Part shown: piece by piece, positions 29,053 through 38,262 of the stretch | How positions within the stretch are numbered: the first letter of the stretch is position 1 | How the letters are laid out: each line of letters begins with the position of its first letter | From: Gemmatimonadales bacterium | Lineage (GTDB): Bacteria > Gemmatimonadota > Gemmatimonadetes > Gemmatimonadales > GWC2-71-9 | Length of the DNA: 64,000 bases | Assembly: GCA_037189525.1 (NCBI GenBank) | Contig: JBBCJC010000005.1 | Span: 320,001 to 384,000, forward strand | Direction of reading: 5' to 3' | Notes under the pieces: generated by a model | What the model was told of the DNA's origin: nothing | The model's database searches: none | Seen by the model: only the letters and a program-made list of their open reading frames with translations | Made by a program: the position numbers and the translations under genes

Positions 29053-30462
29053 CTAACGCTTGGGTGCGGTCGCCTTCACGAACACGAGGTTCTGGGTCCG
29101 CGCCGCGCTCAGCCGAAAGCCGGTGACCTGCCCTCGGCGATCGCGATCGACGTCGATCCGCGCCCCACCCACCATGAAGGCATCCGGACCAATCGGCCGC
29201 CAGCGCACCGGCGTGCTCCAGCGGGTCCGCGCGAAGAGCGTGTCGCCTCGCGCCTCGACCACTGCCCAGGTATCGAGCTCCTCACTGGTATACCGCCCAA
29301 CATACGCCGCTGCCTGCTGCGCAGTGATCGGCACGGTCTCCGGCGGTCCGGCCGGTCGGGACGCCGAGGCCTCGGGCGCGGGCCCCAGCTTGCCGGCCAG
29401 ATAGAGGTCGGCAACCTGGTTGGTCAGCACCGTCGGATTGGCGGAACCGTCGTTGCACAACACGGCAATGCCGAGTCGTTCCGACGGGAAGCGAACCAGG
29501 TTGGTGCGGAACCCGAACATCGCGCCGCCGTGCGACACCGTCGCGAGTCCGCGATAGTTCCCCGGCACCAGGCCAAAGGCGTAGGTTGCCTGCGCGCTGT
29601 CCAATCCGCCCGGCGTGATGACGCGATCGATCAGCGCCTGGCCGCCGCCCAGCCGGTTCTGGTAGAAGTTGTGGTCCCAGTTGACCAGGTCTTCGATGCT
29701 GGAGAGGAGCCCGCCGTCGCCCACCAGCGCGTAGCTCGAGCGAATCGCACGATACCCGTCGCCGCGACGCTCATAGCTCTCGGCCCGTCCCGGGACGATC
29801 AGGCTGTTGTCGTCGTGAAAATGGGTATGCCCCATCCCGAGCGGCCCGAACATCTTGGCCTCGGTGTACTCCCGCAGCGACTTGCCGCTCGCCCGTTTGA
29901 CGATCTCGGCCATCAGGATGTACCCCGAATTCGAGTACGAGTACCGCGAGCCGGGTGCAAAGTCGAGCGACCGCTGCCGGGCAATCAGTTCGATCGCGGC
30001 TTCCTGCGGGATCTCGTCCGTGAAGGGCCGGCCCGACAGGCTCCAGAGGCCGAGGTAGTCACGAATCCCGCTGGTGTGGTGCACCAGATGACGAATCCGG
30101 ATCGGATCGGTGTAGGCCGGGAGCTCGGGCACCCACTTGCGCACCGGATCCTCGAGGGAAATCCGGCCTTCTTCGGCAAGCAAGGCGATGGCAAAGGCGG
30201 CGAACTGTTTGGAAACGGAGGCGAGGTAGAAGACGGTGGAGGGGGTGATGGGCACGCCCTGGTTCAGATCCGCCATCCCGTAACCACGGCTGTAGACGAT
30301 CCGGCCATCCCGGAACACCCCCAGGGCACACCCGGGTGTATTGGTGTGGTCGTACCGGGCAAAGATCGCGTCAATGGCCTTGGGGGCGGGCCCTGTCTCC
30401 TGGGCGCTCAACGCCCCTCCGGCGACGAAAAGGCCCAGCAGGCTCGTGGCGAGGAGCTTCAT
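29053..30462 (-). CDS. Serine hydrolase, beta-lactamase/D-aminopeptidase family, exported
   Basis: ASVSKQF (SxxK), YSNSGY, HGG; signal peptide. Confidence 0.9.
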   Translation of the reverse strand: MKLLATSLLGLFVAGGALSAQETGPAPKAIDAIFARYDHTNTPGCALGVFRDGRIVYSRGYGMADLNQGVPITPSTVFYLASVSKQFAAFAIALLAEEGRISLEDPVRKWVPELPAYTDPIRIRHLVHHTSGIRDYLGLWSLSGRPFTDEIPQEAAIELIARQRSLDFAPGSRYSYSNSGYILMAEIVKRASGKSLREYTEAKMFGPLGMGHTHFHDDNSLIVPGRAESYERRGDGYRAIRSSYALVGDGGLLSSIEDLVNWDHNFYQNRLGGGQALIDRVITPGGLDSAQATYAFGLVPGNYRGLATVSHGGAMFGFRTNLVRFPSERLGIAVLCNDGSANPTVLTNQVADLYLAGKLGPAPEASASRPAGPPETVPITAQQAAAYVGRYTSEELDTWAVVEARGDTLFARTRWSTPVRWRPIGPDAFMVGGARIDVDRDRRGQVTGFRLSAARTQNLVFVKATAPKR

Positions 30463-30568
30463 GCGAATCTCGATGGGATTTGGAAGTTGGTATACAATAA
30501 CGAATCCAAAAGGCTAAGTTCAAGGCGAGCTTCCGGTACATCCTTGCCAATTCACAGAGGTTTTTCCG

Positions 30569-32032
30569 ATGCGCATGCGCCTCCTGCTGCTCGTCCTGGC
30601 CGTTCTCGGTACCGCCCCGGCGTTGGCCGCCCAGGGGAACGATCGTTTTGCCCCGGTTCGGGCGACCATCAAACGGATCCTGGATTCGACCGGCACCCCG
30701 TCGATTGCCGTGGCCGTCTCCAAGGACGGCAAGGTCATCTGGGAGGAAGGATTCGGCTGGGCCAATCGCGAAAAGCGGATTCCGGCGACCGAGCACACCA
30801 TGTACTCCCTGGCCTCGATCTCCAAGCCGATCACGGCGACCGCCCTCATGGTCCTCGTCGATCGGGGCCTGGTCGCCCTGGATAAGCCCGCCAACGACTA
30901 CCTGGGAGTCGGTAAGATCACCGGCCTGGCCGGCGACGCCTCGGGGGCGACCGTGGCCCGGGTGCTGAGCCACACCGCCGGCCTGCCGCTCCACTACCGG
31001 TTCTTCTACGACAACCTTCCGTATGGCGCGCCGTCCATGGACGAGGCCATCGGGCGGTACGGCAACACGGTCTTTCCTCCGGGCCAGATCTACGAGTACT
31101 CGAACCTGGGCTATGGCATCATCGACCACATCGTCGAGCGAGTGGGCGGACAGACCTACGCCGACTTCATGCGGAGCGAGGTTTTCCTGCCCCTGGGCCT
31201 GACCCACACCACCATCGATATCGGCCCCGGACTCGAGGAGTATGCGGCGGAGCGGTATGACAACCGCGGCCGGCCGATTCCGTTCTACGCCTTCGACCAC
31301 GCCGGCGCCTCTGCGGTGTATTCGAGCGCGCACGACCTGGTCCGCTTCGGCATGTTCCACATGAAGAACAAGCTCCCCGGCCAGCGCCAGATCCTCAAGC
31401 CGGCCACGATCGACCTGATGCAGCAGCCGATTGCTCCGGCCAACTACGGCCTCGGGTGGAACACCAGCAGCGACCGGGGCCATCGCCGGTTTTCCCACAC
31501 CGGCGGTATGCCCGGAGTCTCGACGGTGCTCAACATGTATCCGGATCAGAACGTCACCATCACCGTGCTGACCAATGCCGGGCCCAGCGGACTGATTGCG
31601 CAGGAAATCGCGGCGGTGATGCTGCCGGGCTATGCCGATTCGCTCAAGGCCCAGCGCGCCCGCGGCCCCCAGCAGCCGCCCCGTCGGGAATTCACCCCGT
31701 CCGCCGACCTGGTCGGTGAATGGGTCGGCACGATGCGCACCTGGCAGCGGACCGTACCGCTCCGCCTGCTGGTCAAGCCCGACGGCGATATCCACGTCTG
31801 GCTGGGCTCGCAGCCTCGCGCCATTCTCAACTTCGTGTCGTTCAACAACGGCCGCCTCTCCGGACGGTTTGCCGGCACCATCCCGACGGATGACGCCCAG
31901 CTCTGGCGTCACGACATTCTCTTCGGCCTCTTGCACGGCAACGGCACGTTGCGCGGCGAGGCGAACGCCATGTCGACCGACGAGCTCAACATGGGATCGA
32001 TTGCGTCCTATGTAGACCTGCGCAAAAACTGA
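30569..32032 (+). CDS. Serine hydrolase, beta-lactamase/AmpC-like family, exported
   Basis: ASISKP (SxxK), YSNLGY, HTGG; signal peptide. Confidence 0.9.
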   Translation: MRMRLLLLVLAVLGTAPALAAQGNDRFAPVRATIKRILDSTGTPSIAVAVSKDGKVIWEEGFGWANREKRIPATEHTMYSLASISKPITATALMVLVDRGLVALDKPANDYLGVGKITGLAGDASGATVARVLSHTAGLPLHYRFFYDNLPYGAPSMDEAIGRYGNTVFPPGQIYEYSNLGYGIIDHIVERVGGQTYADFMRSEVFLPLGLTHTTIDIGPGLEEYAAERYDNRGRPIPFYAFDHAGASAVYSSAHDLVRFGMFHMKNKLPGQRQILKPATIDLMQQPIAPANYGLGWNTSSDRGHRRFSHTGGMPGVSTVLNMYPDQNVTITVLTNAGPSGLIAQEIAAVMLPGYADSLKAQRARGPQQPPRREFTPSADLVGEWVGTMRTWQRTVPLRLLVKPDGDIHVWLGSQPRAILNFVSFNNGRLSGRFAGTIPTDDAQLWRHDILFGLLHGNGTLRGEANAMSTDELNMGSIASYVDLRKN

Positions 32033-32087
32033 CCCGCTCGGCCTGGGGCGTCCCGGAACAGGGGCGCTCCGGGAACCAACCTGCCCT

Positions 32088-32113
32088 CGCGGCCCGCTTC
32101 CCAGCGGGCCGCG
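32088..32113 (+). terminator. GC-rich hairpin downstream of the serine hydrolase
   Basis: CGCGGCCCGCT-TCCC-AGCGGGCCGCG, perfect 11-bp stem; no clear U-tract. Confidence 0.45.
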
Positions 32114-32133
32114 GCTCCGACTAGCTTTCCGGC

Positions 32134-32397
32134 ATGACGTCTCGATCAGAAACGCCCGGGACTGCCTTGATTGCAGCGGATGAGCTCTATGAACCGGAAT
32201 GGGTTGCGTGGTTTGCGCTCTCGCCGGCCGAGCGGTGGATCGAGAGCCAGCGAATCCTCGAGCTGTTCCTCGCGCTGGGAGGCACCCTTGAACCGGAACC
32301 CGACCTCCAGAGTCCTTTCTTCGATGCGCACGCATGGCGTCCAGTCCCTCTTGATGGGCGGCCAGGCGTGCGTGTTATACGGCGCTCTGGAGTTTAG
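32134..32397 (+). CDS. Small hypothetical protein, putative partner of the downstream nucleotidyltransferase
   Basis: 87 aa with EW..W..LSP.ERW.ES pattern; overlaps the next gene. Confidence 0.55.
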   Translation: MTSRSETPGTALIAADELYEPEWVAWFALSPAERWIESQRILELFLALGGTLEPEPDLQSPFFDAHAWRPVPLDGRPGVRVIRRSGV

Positions 32398-33036
32398 TCG
32401 GGACACCGATCTCGTCGTCCTGGCATCATCGGACAATCTCGATCGCTTGCGCCGCGCCCTCGATGCGATAGGTGCGAAGACGATCGCAGTCCCCCCGTTC
32501 GAACGCGAGTATCTCGACCGCGGCCATGCCGTCCATTTCGCGGCCGGCGATGCCGGGCCGTCTCGCGTGCGGATTGACATTATGGCCAAGATGCGCAATG
32601 TCGATGCCTTCCCGGACCTCTGGACCCGTCGGACGACCATTGAGCTCGATGGGGAGACCATCGACGTTGTGTCGCTGCCGGATCTGGTACTCGCGAAAAA
32701 GACGCAGCGAGACAAGGATTGGCCAGTCATTCGGCGATTGGTCGACAATCACTACCTGACCTATCGCACCGAGCCGACCGACGAGCGGATCCGCTGGTGG
32801 CTCGAGGAGCTGCGCACGCCGACGCTGCTCGAAGAGGCGGCCCGGACCTATCCCCACGCGGCGCAATCGCTCCACGAGAAGCGGCCCCTGCTTCGTCTGA
32901 TCGACCAGGAGGCCGAATCGGTACTACAGATCGGGAGGAAGCGAGCGAGCGCGAGGCGGATCGAGCGTACTGGGCGCCGCTTCGGGCCGAGTTGGAGACG
33001 CTGCGGCGTCAGCGCCGCACGGGTCAAGGGACCTAG
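32288..33036 (+). pseudogene. Nucleotidyltransferase (Pol-beta/AbiEii-like superfamily) with apparent frameshift near 32930
   Basis: TTG start with GGAGG RBS; MGGQACVLYG..FSRDTD, RIDIM, LVLAKKTQRDKD motifs. A protein-like C-terminus (EEASEREADRAYWAPLRAELETLRR) lies in another frame ending at 33036. Confidence 0.6.
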
Positions 33037-33100
33037 CGAACCGCAGCCCTTCGGTATCACCAACCAGATCGAAAGGCTCGGCCATGAAGGCGAGCCACGC

Positions 33101-33595
33101 CTAACGTCTCGGGAACCGCTCGCGATAGAGATCCACGAACTGGCCGGCCAGGTCGCGCGCCGCGAACCGGAGCGCTTCATCGAGCTCGGCGCGCTCCACG
33201 ATATTCGACCGCGAGGGCCCCTGCCAGATCACGGTCCAGGCCGGCACGCGACCGAATTGGTCCCGATATCCGAGTTCCAGATTCATGGCAAAGCCGACCC
33301 CGAACCGGGCCCGCCCCGCCCCGGTCGCGAGCCGGACATCCAGCCGCAGCACACAGCAGTCATCGGCCCGCGGGTCCGACAATTCGTACAGTACGTCGGC
33401 GCGGCGGAGTTCCTGGCGAATCACCTCTTCCAGCAACCGCGCGGAGCGACCGTTGTCACCGGCCCCCGCGACGTCGACCCGAACCGAAAGCGATTGTAAC
33501 TCCTCGACCGCATCGCGCGAAAAATTGACCTGCGCGTCGAGCAGCCCCGGGCCCGCCAGGCAGGCGATCAGTCCGAAAATCAGTCGAGTATGCAT
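33101..33595 (-). CDS. Exported hypothetical protein
   Basis: Signal peptide (...LLDAQ), alpha/beta pattern, vicinal CC. Confidence 0.7.
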   Translation of the reverse strand: MHTRLIFGLIACLAGPGLLDAQVNFSRDAVEELQSLSVRVDVAGAGDNGRSARLLEEVIRQELRRADVLYELSDPRADDCCVLRLDVRLATGAGRARFGVGFAMNLELGYRDQFGRVPAWTVIWQGPSRSNIVERAELDEALRFAARDLAGQFVDLYRERFPRR

Positions 33596-33627
33596 ACTCT
33601 GAGTATCGGCACGAACGCCCCTCGCGG

Positions 33628-35049
33628 TTAGCGAACGCCCACCATGCCCCGGACCGACTCGATCAGCTTGGCGGAGTCGTAGCCGATGCCCTCCTTGAAC
33701 ACCGTGACCACCCGCCGGATCTGGCTCGGATCGGCGGTCGGATCGCCCTGAACCACGACCAGGTCGGCGATTTTCCCGACGGTGATGGTTCCGAGCTCCG
33801 CGTCGACGCCCAATACCTTGGCGCCGTTGGCCGACATGATGCGCACCACCTCGACCGGGGCAAACCCGGCCTCGGCCAGGAGCTCGAAGTTCCGCTGATC
33901 GCCGTAGCCGGGAAGCGCGCCGCCGTTGCCGGTCGGGTCGACGCCCGCCGCCAGCAGACCGCCGGCACGGACGAAGGCCCGCTCATAAGCCATGGCTTTC
34001 TGGAGGCTCTCCAGGGTCCGTCCCTGTCCCGGTTGCTTGGCAAGCCGTTCGCGGGTGTCGAGGTACTCGCCCTTCACGTCCGGGCTCATGGCGTCGAGAA
34101 CCCGCTGATCGAGCGGCGGCCGGTTGGGAACGGAGATCTCATACACGGCAAGGGTTGATGTCATCGGCACGCCCTTGTCGATCATCGCCTTGAAGGTGGC
34201 GCGTGCCTCGGCGCCGTCGGGATCGAACGCACCCGTCACCGCCAGGTTCCGCGCCGGACACCGGTCGGGTTGCTTGGAGGGATCGTACTCGAAGTTGGCC
34301 ATCAGGCCATGCTCGAGCGCATCGATCCCGGCCTCGACGGCTTCCCGGTAGCCGACCGAACAGAGATGCCCGGTGACTTTGACGCCCCGTGCATGCGCAG
34401 CTTCCGCGACCGCCCGTAGGTTCTCACGGCTGATCTCGGTGTAGACCTTGAACCAGGTGGCCCCTTCGTCGGCCCAGTAATCGACCACCCGCTTGGCCTG
34501 CTCGGGCGTCGTGATGTGCTTCCGCTCGACCACCTGATCCGGCCCGGTGATGTACGGCCCGCTCACATGCATCCGCGGCCCCGGCACATCGCCCGCCTCG
34601 ATCTGGCGCTTGAGCGAGATCTCGGCGTACGGCACGATGCTGCCTGTAGTGCGGATCGTGGTCACCCCCGACGCGAGATAGAGGCGCGGGGCGCTGACCG
34701 ACAGCTGCGCACGCCGGCCCGCCGAGGTGGTGTAGAAGGTGTGGTTGTGCATCCCGACCAGGCCGGGAATGACGGTATGTCCCGACAGATCGAGCACCCG
34801 AGCCCCGGCCGGAATCGCGACCGAGCCGGTGGGGCCGACGGCGCTGATCCTCCCCTTGGCAAGGACGACGGTCTGATCAGTCCGGGCGGCGGCACCGGTA
34901 CCATCGACGACGCGCACCCGCGTCAGCGCAACCACCGGCGCATCGACGGACACGAACGCCCGGGTTGTCTCAGACAGGGACGGACGATTCTGGGCCAGTA
35001 ACGGCGCGGCCAGGGCGACACTCGAGGCCGCGAGCAGCAGACGGATCAT
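33628..35049 (-). CDS. Amidohydrolase family protein, exported
   Basis: PGLVGMHNH, GVTTIRT, FKVY, GHL, LEHG, AGVD, GKIADLVV. Confidence 0.9.
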   Translation of the reverse strand: MIRLLLAASSVALAAPLLAQNRPSLSETTRAFVSVDAPVVALTRVRVVDGTGAAARTDQTVVLAKGRISAVGPTGSVAIPAGARVLDLSGHTVIPGLVGMHNHTFYTTSAGRRAQLSVSAPRLYLASGVTTIRTTGSIVPYAEISLKRQIEAGDVPGPRMHVSGPYITGPDQVVERKHITTPEQAKRVVDYWADEGATWFKVYTEISRENLRAVAEAAHARGVKVTGHLCSVGYREAVEAGIDALEHGLMANFEYDPSKQPDRCPARNLAVTGAFDPDGAEARATFKAMIDKGVPMTSTLAVYEISVPNRPPLDQRVLDAMSPDVKGEYLDTRERLAKQPGQGRTLESLQKAMAYERAFVRAGGLLAAGVDPTGNGGALPGYGDQRNFELLAEAGFAPVEVVRIMSANGAKVLGVDAELGTITVGKIADLVVVQGDPTADPSQIRRVVTVFKEGIGYDSAKLIESVRGMVGVR

Positions 35050-35229
35050 GGATCACTCGTTCGGAGGGTCCCGGAATTCTACGCGATGGCCGCCCCATGG
35101 CGATAGGGCCACCCGAGCATAATGCGCAATAATGAACCGTATTGCGTCGGTACGGTTATTACCTTCTCACCGGCATGTCCAGCTTGCGGACATGACACCT
35201 TGCACATTCACCCCGGCCGAGCGTAGCGT

Positions 35230-35793
35230 ATGGTTATGCCAGCACTTGCACGCAGATGGACGCGAGAGGAAGTCCTCGCCCTCCCCGACGACGGAAACCG
35301 CTACGAGCTCATCGACGGGACGCTGCTCGTGAGCCCGAGCCCGCGCTATCTACATCAGCGCGCGATCATCAGTCTGCTCATGCTGCTCGAGCCGTACGTC
35401 AGGACGCATCGGATCGGGAGCCTGGTCATCTCGCCGGCGGATCTCGATTTCAAGTCCCGGCAGGTTCTGCAACCTGATCTGTTCGTCGGCGCACTGGTCG
35501 ACGGTCGTGAGCCGGCCGAATGGAAGGACGTAGGCATTCCGTTCCTGGTGGTCGAGATCCTCTCGCCCTCGACCGAGCGGTACGATCGCTTTACCAAGCG
35601 GCACTTCTATCAGCGTTCCGGTGTCGCAGCGTACTGGATCGTCGATCTCGATGCCGGTGCAGTCGAGGTGTGGACACCGGCGGACATGGACCCGACCGTC
35701 GTGCGGGACACGCTCACCTGGCATCCGGATCGGTCGGTACCGCCGCTCGCAATCGATCTCCACGAATACTTCGACACGCTGATCCGGACCTAG
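35230..35793 (+). CDS. Uma2 family (DUF820) PD-(D/E)XK-fold protein
   Basis: RYELIDG.L.VSPSP...HQ, QPDL, LVVEILSPST..YDR..K...Y...GV..YWIVD. Confidence 0.9.
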   Translation: MVMPALARRWTREEVLALPDDGNRYELIDGTLLVSPSPRYLHQRAIISLLMLLEPYVRTHRIGSLVISPADLDFKSRQVLQPDLFVGALVDGREPAEWKDVGIPFLVVEILSPSTERYDRFTKRHFYQRSGVAAYWIVDLDAGAVEVWTPADMDPTVVRDTLTWHPDRSVPPLAIDLHEYFDTLIRT

Positions 35794-35816
35794 TCTGGCT
35801 CGAGTACCTGACTCCC

Positions 35817-35849
35817 GGTGATCGGTGCCCTCTCGGAGCACCGATCACC
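35817..35849. terminator. Hairpin between convergent genes
   Basis: GGTGATCGGTGC-N9-GCACCGATCACC, perfect 12-bp stem. Confidence 0.55.
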
Positions 35850-35919
35850 TCGGTCAAGCAAACGGCGTGGCCCCGACGACAGGGAAACATCGCTTCCTGG
35901 CGACACCGCGGGCAGACGC

Positions 35920-38166
35920 TTACAGGATCCCATCCAGGTAGAGATCGAACCGCCACCCCGTCGGGCCCCGGAGACCGCGCGCCAGGTCCGCACGGATCAG
36001 CCCGTCGAGAAAACTGGCCCCGACCCCGGCGCTCAAGAGCGGCCGCCCCGACCAGAACTCGTCGCGCGCGCCGGCCCATCCGATATCGGAGAACAGCGAC
36101 AGGCGGACCGCAGGAAAGCTGTTGGCAACCTCGGCGCGACCGGTCCAGAACGCAGGCCCCGCCATCACGCCCCCATCATAGCCACGCAGCGTTACCGGGC
36201 CGCCGAGGTAGAACCAACTCTGCACCGGCGAGGTCCCCTCGGTGGCTCCCGCCGATACGGAGGCGCCAAAGGCCAGCGGGCCGCGCGGCGTAACCCAACT
36301 GCGGAGGGTCATCGAGCCACGACCGAACTTGTAGTCGCCGGTGGCGCCCTCGACGAACGCTTCGCCTCCGATGCCGACTGACCGGGACAACGCCCGAGTG
36401 CCGCGAACTTTGAGGCTGCCGCCGAACTGATCCGCACCATTCGCAGCAATGTTCGGACGATATGCCGCGTCGGACCCCAGCAGGTGCGCAATCGAAAAAT
36501 CGGTTTCCACCCGGGCTGCGCGTTGACGTTCGTAGTAGATCCGGCTTTCCAGCCATCCCGAACCGACGGTTTGCGTCCCCTCGATGCCCTCGGTACGGTA
36601 GTACTGGCCGTCGTCACGATGGGTAAAGAGGCCCGCCAGGCTGTTCATGACGCCAAAGGGCCGAGTCTCGGGATTGGCCGCAACCAGCCGGCGATAGACG
36701 GCTACCCGGCTGTTGTCGCCCAGCGTCGACCCGGTGCTTACCCCCACCTCGGCGTTGAGCCACCCATCGGCCAGGCCGATCCGCGCCCGCCCGTCCACCG
36801 CAAACTTGCCGAAGTCGGCCCGCGCCCCGGTGCCGAGCGACAACGCCTCGATCCGGTTGAAACGCGCGTGCCGGAGCACCTCGGTTGCTCCGTAGGGAAG
36901 TTCCAGACGCGAGGCCCAGACCGGTCCCGGCAACTGGCCGATCGACGAGGCCAGGCCGCGTAACTCGTCTTCGCTGATCAGGTCGCCCATCGAGAGGATC
37001 GGTTCGCCGAGTGCGGGACTGGTGATCAGTTGGAGCGTATCATCAGGTACCGCGACGACCAGCACCGAGTCGGCGGTGTAGCGGTGCCGGCAGTCGGCGA
37101 CTTTCTGCCGATAGGCCCGGCGACCCTCTTCGGTCCGCATCGAACGATCGTCCCGCGCCTCATCGACACACTCGCGAACTACTCGACGCACGCTGTCGGA
37201 GCGGGCCCGCCGCATGGCGGAGTCGATCGGAATACCTGCTGCAGTCGTATCGGGCTGCCGCCTGGTGCCGGCCGGGCGGAAGGTACTGGCCGGATCGGGA
37301 GGCGTACCGCCTTCGACCTCGTAGTCGGCATAGACCTGCTCCATCCGGATCGGCATGTTGAGCCACGACCCCATAGTGCCGACCGCGTCGATAGCCGCGT
37401 AGCGCAACATCCACCAGCGCTCTTCGTACAAGCCGTATTCGAGCGTGACGTACTTGACCTCGCCCTTGGGATTGACCCAGCGGGGCACGTCCTCCCGATC
37501 TTCGGCCGAGATGTCCCGGCGGAACTCGAAGGGACGGGCTGGCCGAAAAATCATGCGCACCAGGCCATGCGTGTCGCCGTCGAACCAGAGCGCGCCCGAC
37601 ATCAACCGCCAGTCGGAACGGCGCGGAATGACACGGAGTTCGAGCAGCCGGATCCGTTTGCCGGAGGGGAGTGCAATCACGGTGGAATCGCCGACGGCAA
37701 AGCGGTAGTCGCGTTCCCCGCCCTCGCGCAGAGGATAGATGAACCCCTCGTCGTCCTCGCCCAGCCCGGCAAAGCGGAGCACGTCCTCGGCCGGATTGAT
37801 GACGAGGTCCCGGAGCCCGCTCTGCAGATCCTCGGGTACCTGATCGCCGCGCAAGGCAATCGGAACCCCCTGCCGGGCCCCGATGACTTCGATTCGGCTC
37901 GGCCGGTCACGGTACCATTCGATGTTGGCCGCGACTTCCTGGCGGAACAGCATCCGATCCCGGCCAACGGCCCGCACCCCGACCCCGATCCGCTGCGATA
38001 CAGAGGCGCGGTAGGAGGTGACCAGTCGCTCGTTCCGGTCCCGCGCCGCCCGGGCTCGCGCAACCAACTCGGCCGTCGCCGCATTGGCGTAGCTGTCGGA
38101 CGGCAGATTGGCGCGAACCGTGTCTTGAACGAGAAGGACAGAAAGGAGGGCGACTGCGACGACCAT
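35920..38166 (-). CDS. Outer-membrane protein with C-terminal beta-barrel (DUF5686/Omp85-like)
   Basis: Signal peptide; RFNRIEALSLG; GGPVTLRGY (Omp85-like loop); alternating C-terminal strands. Confidence 0.65.
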   Translation of the reverse strand: MVVAVALLSVLLVQDTVRANLPSDSYANAATAELVARARAARDRNERLVTSYRASVSQRIGVGVRAVGRDRMLFRQEVAANIEWYRDRPSRIEVIGARQGVPIALRGDQVPEDLQSGLRDLVINPAEDVLRFAGLGEDDEGFIYPLREGGERDYRFAVGDSTVIALPSGKRIRLLELRVIPRRSDWRLMSGALWFDGDTHGLVRMIFRPARPFEFRRDISAEDREDVPRWVNPKGEVKYVTLEYGLYEERWWMLRYAAIDAVGTMGSWLNMPIRMEQVYADYEVEGGTPPDPASTFRPAGTRRQPDTTAAGIPIDSAMRRARSDSVRRVVRECVDEARDDRSMRTEEGRRAYRQKVADCRHRYTADSVLVVAVPDDTLQLITSPALGEPILSMGDLISEDELRGLASSIGQLPGPVWASRLELPYGATEVLRHARFNRIEALSLGTGARADFGKFAVDGRARIGLADGWLNAEVGVSTGSTLGDNSRVAVYRRLVAANPETRPFGVMNSLAGLFTHRDDGQYYRTEGIEGTQTVGSGWLESRIYYERQRAARVETDFSIAHLLGSDAAYRPNIAANGADQFGGSLKVRGTRALSRSVGIGGEAFVEGATGDYKFGRGSMTLRSWVTPRGPLAFGASVSAGATEGTSPVQSWFYLGGPVTLRGYDGGVMAGPAFWTGRAEVANSFPAVRLSLFSDIGWAGARDEFWSGRPLLSAGVGASFLDGLIRADLARGLRGPTGWRFDLYLDGIL

Positions 38167-38194
38167 TATTTCAATCCGGCAGGGACCCCACCCC

Positions 38195-38220
38195 TACGGC
38201 GGGGCCTTCTCCCGGGTTTC
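38195..38220 (-). promoter_or_regulatory. Candidate ECF sigma promoter
   Basis: Minus strand GAAAC-N17-CGTA, 28 nt upstream of ATG 38166. Confidence 0.3.
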
Positions 38221-38262
38221 GTTTCGGAACAAGTCCGGTGACCGTATTCCACTCAGGGCGCG

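Noticed and set aside
23322..32032. MBL-fold and SxxK proteins as antibiotic-resistance genes
   Set aside because: Motifs fit general hydrolase families; the MBL-fold protein has no signal peptide and there is no mobile context.
32171..33499. 442-aa ORF as one full-length protein
   Set aside because: Only 32288 to about 32930 looks like protein; the tail is antisense to the 33101-33595 gene and is better explained by a frameshift.
35230..35793. Uma2 gene as a defence system
   Set aside because: Solitary, with no methylase or partner; such genes are commonly scattered in genomes.
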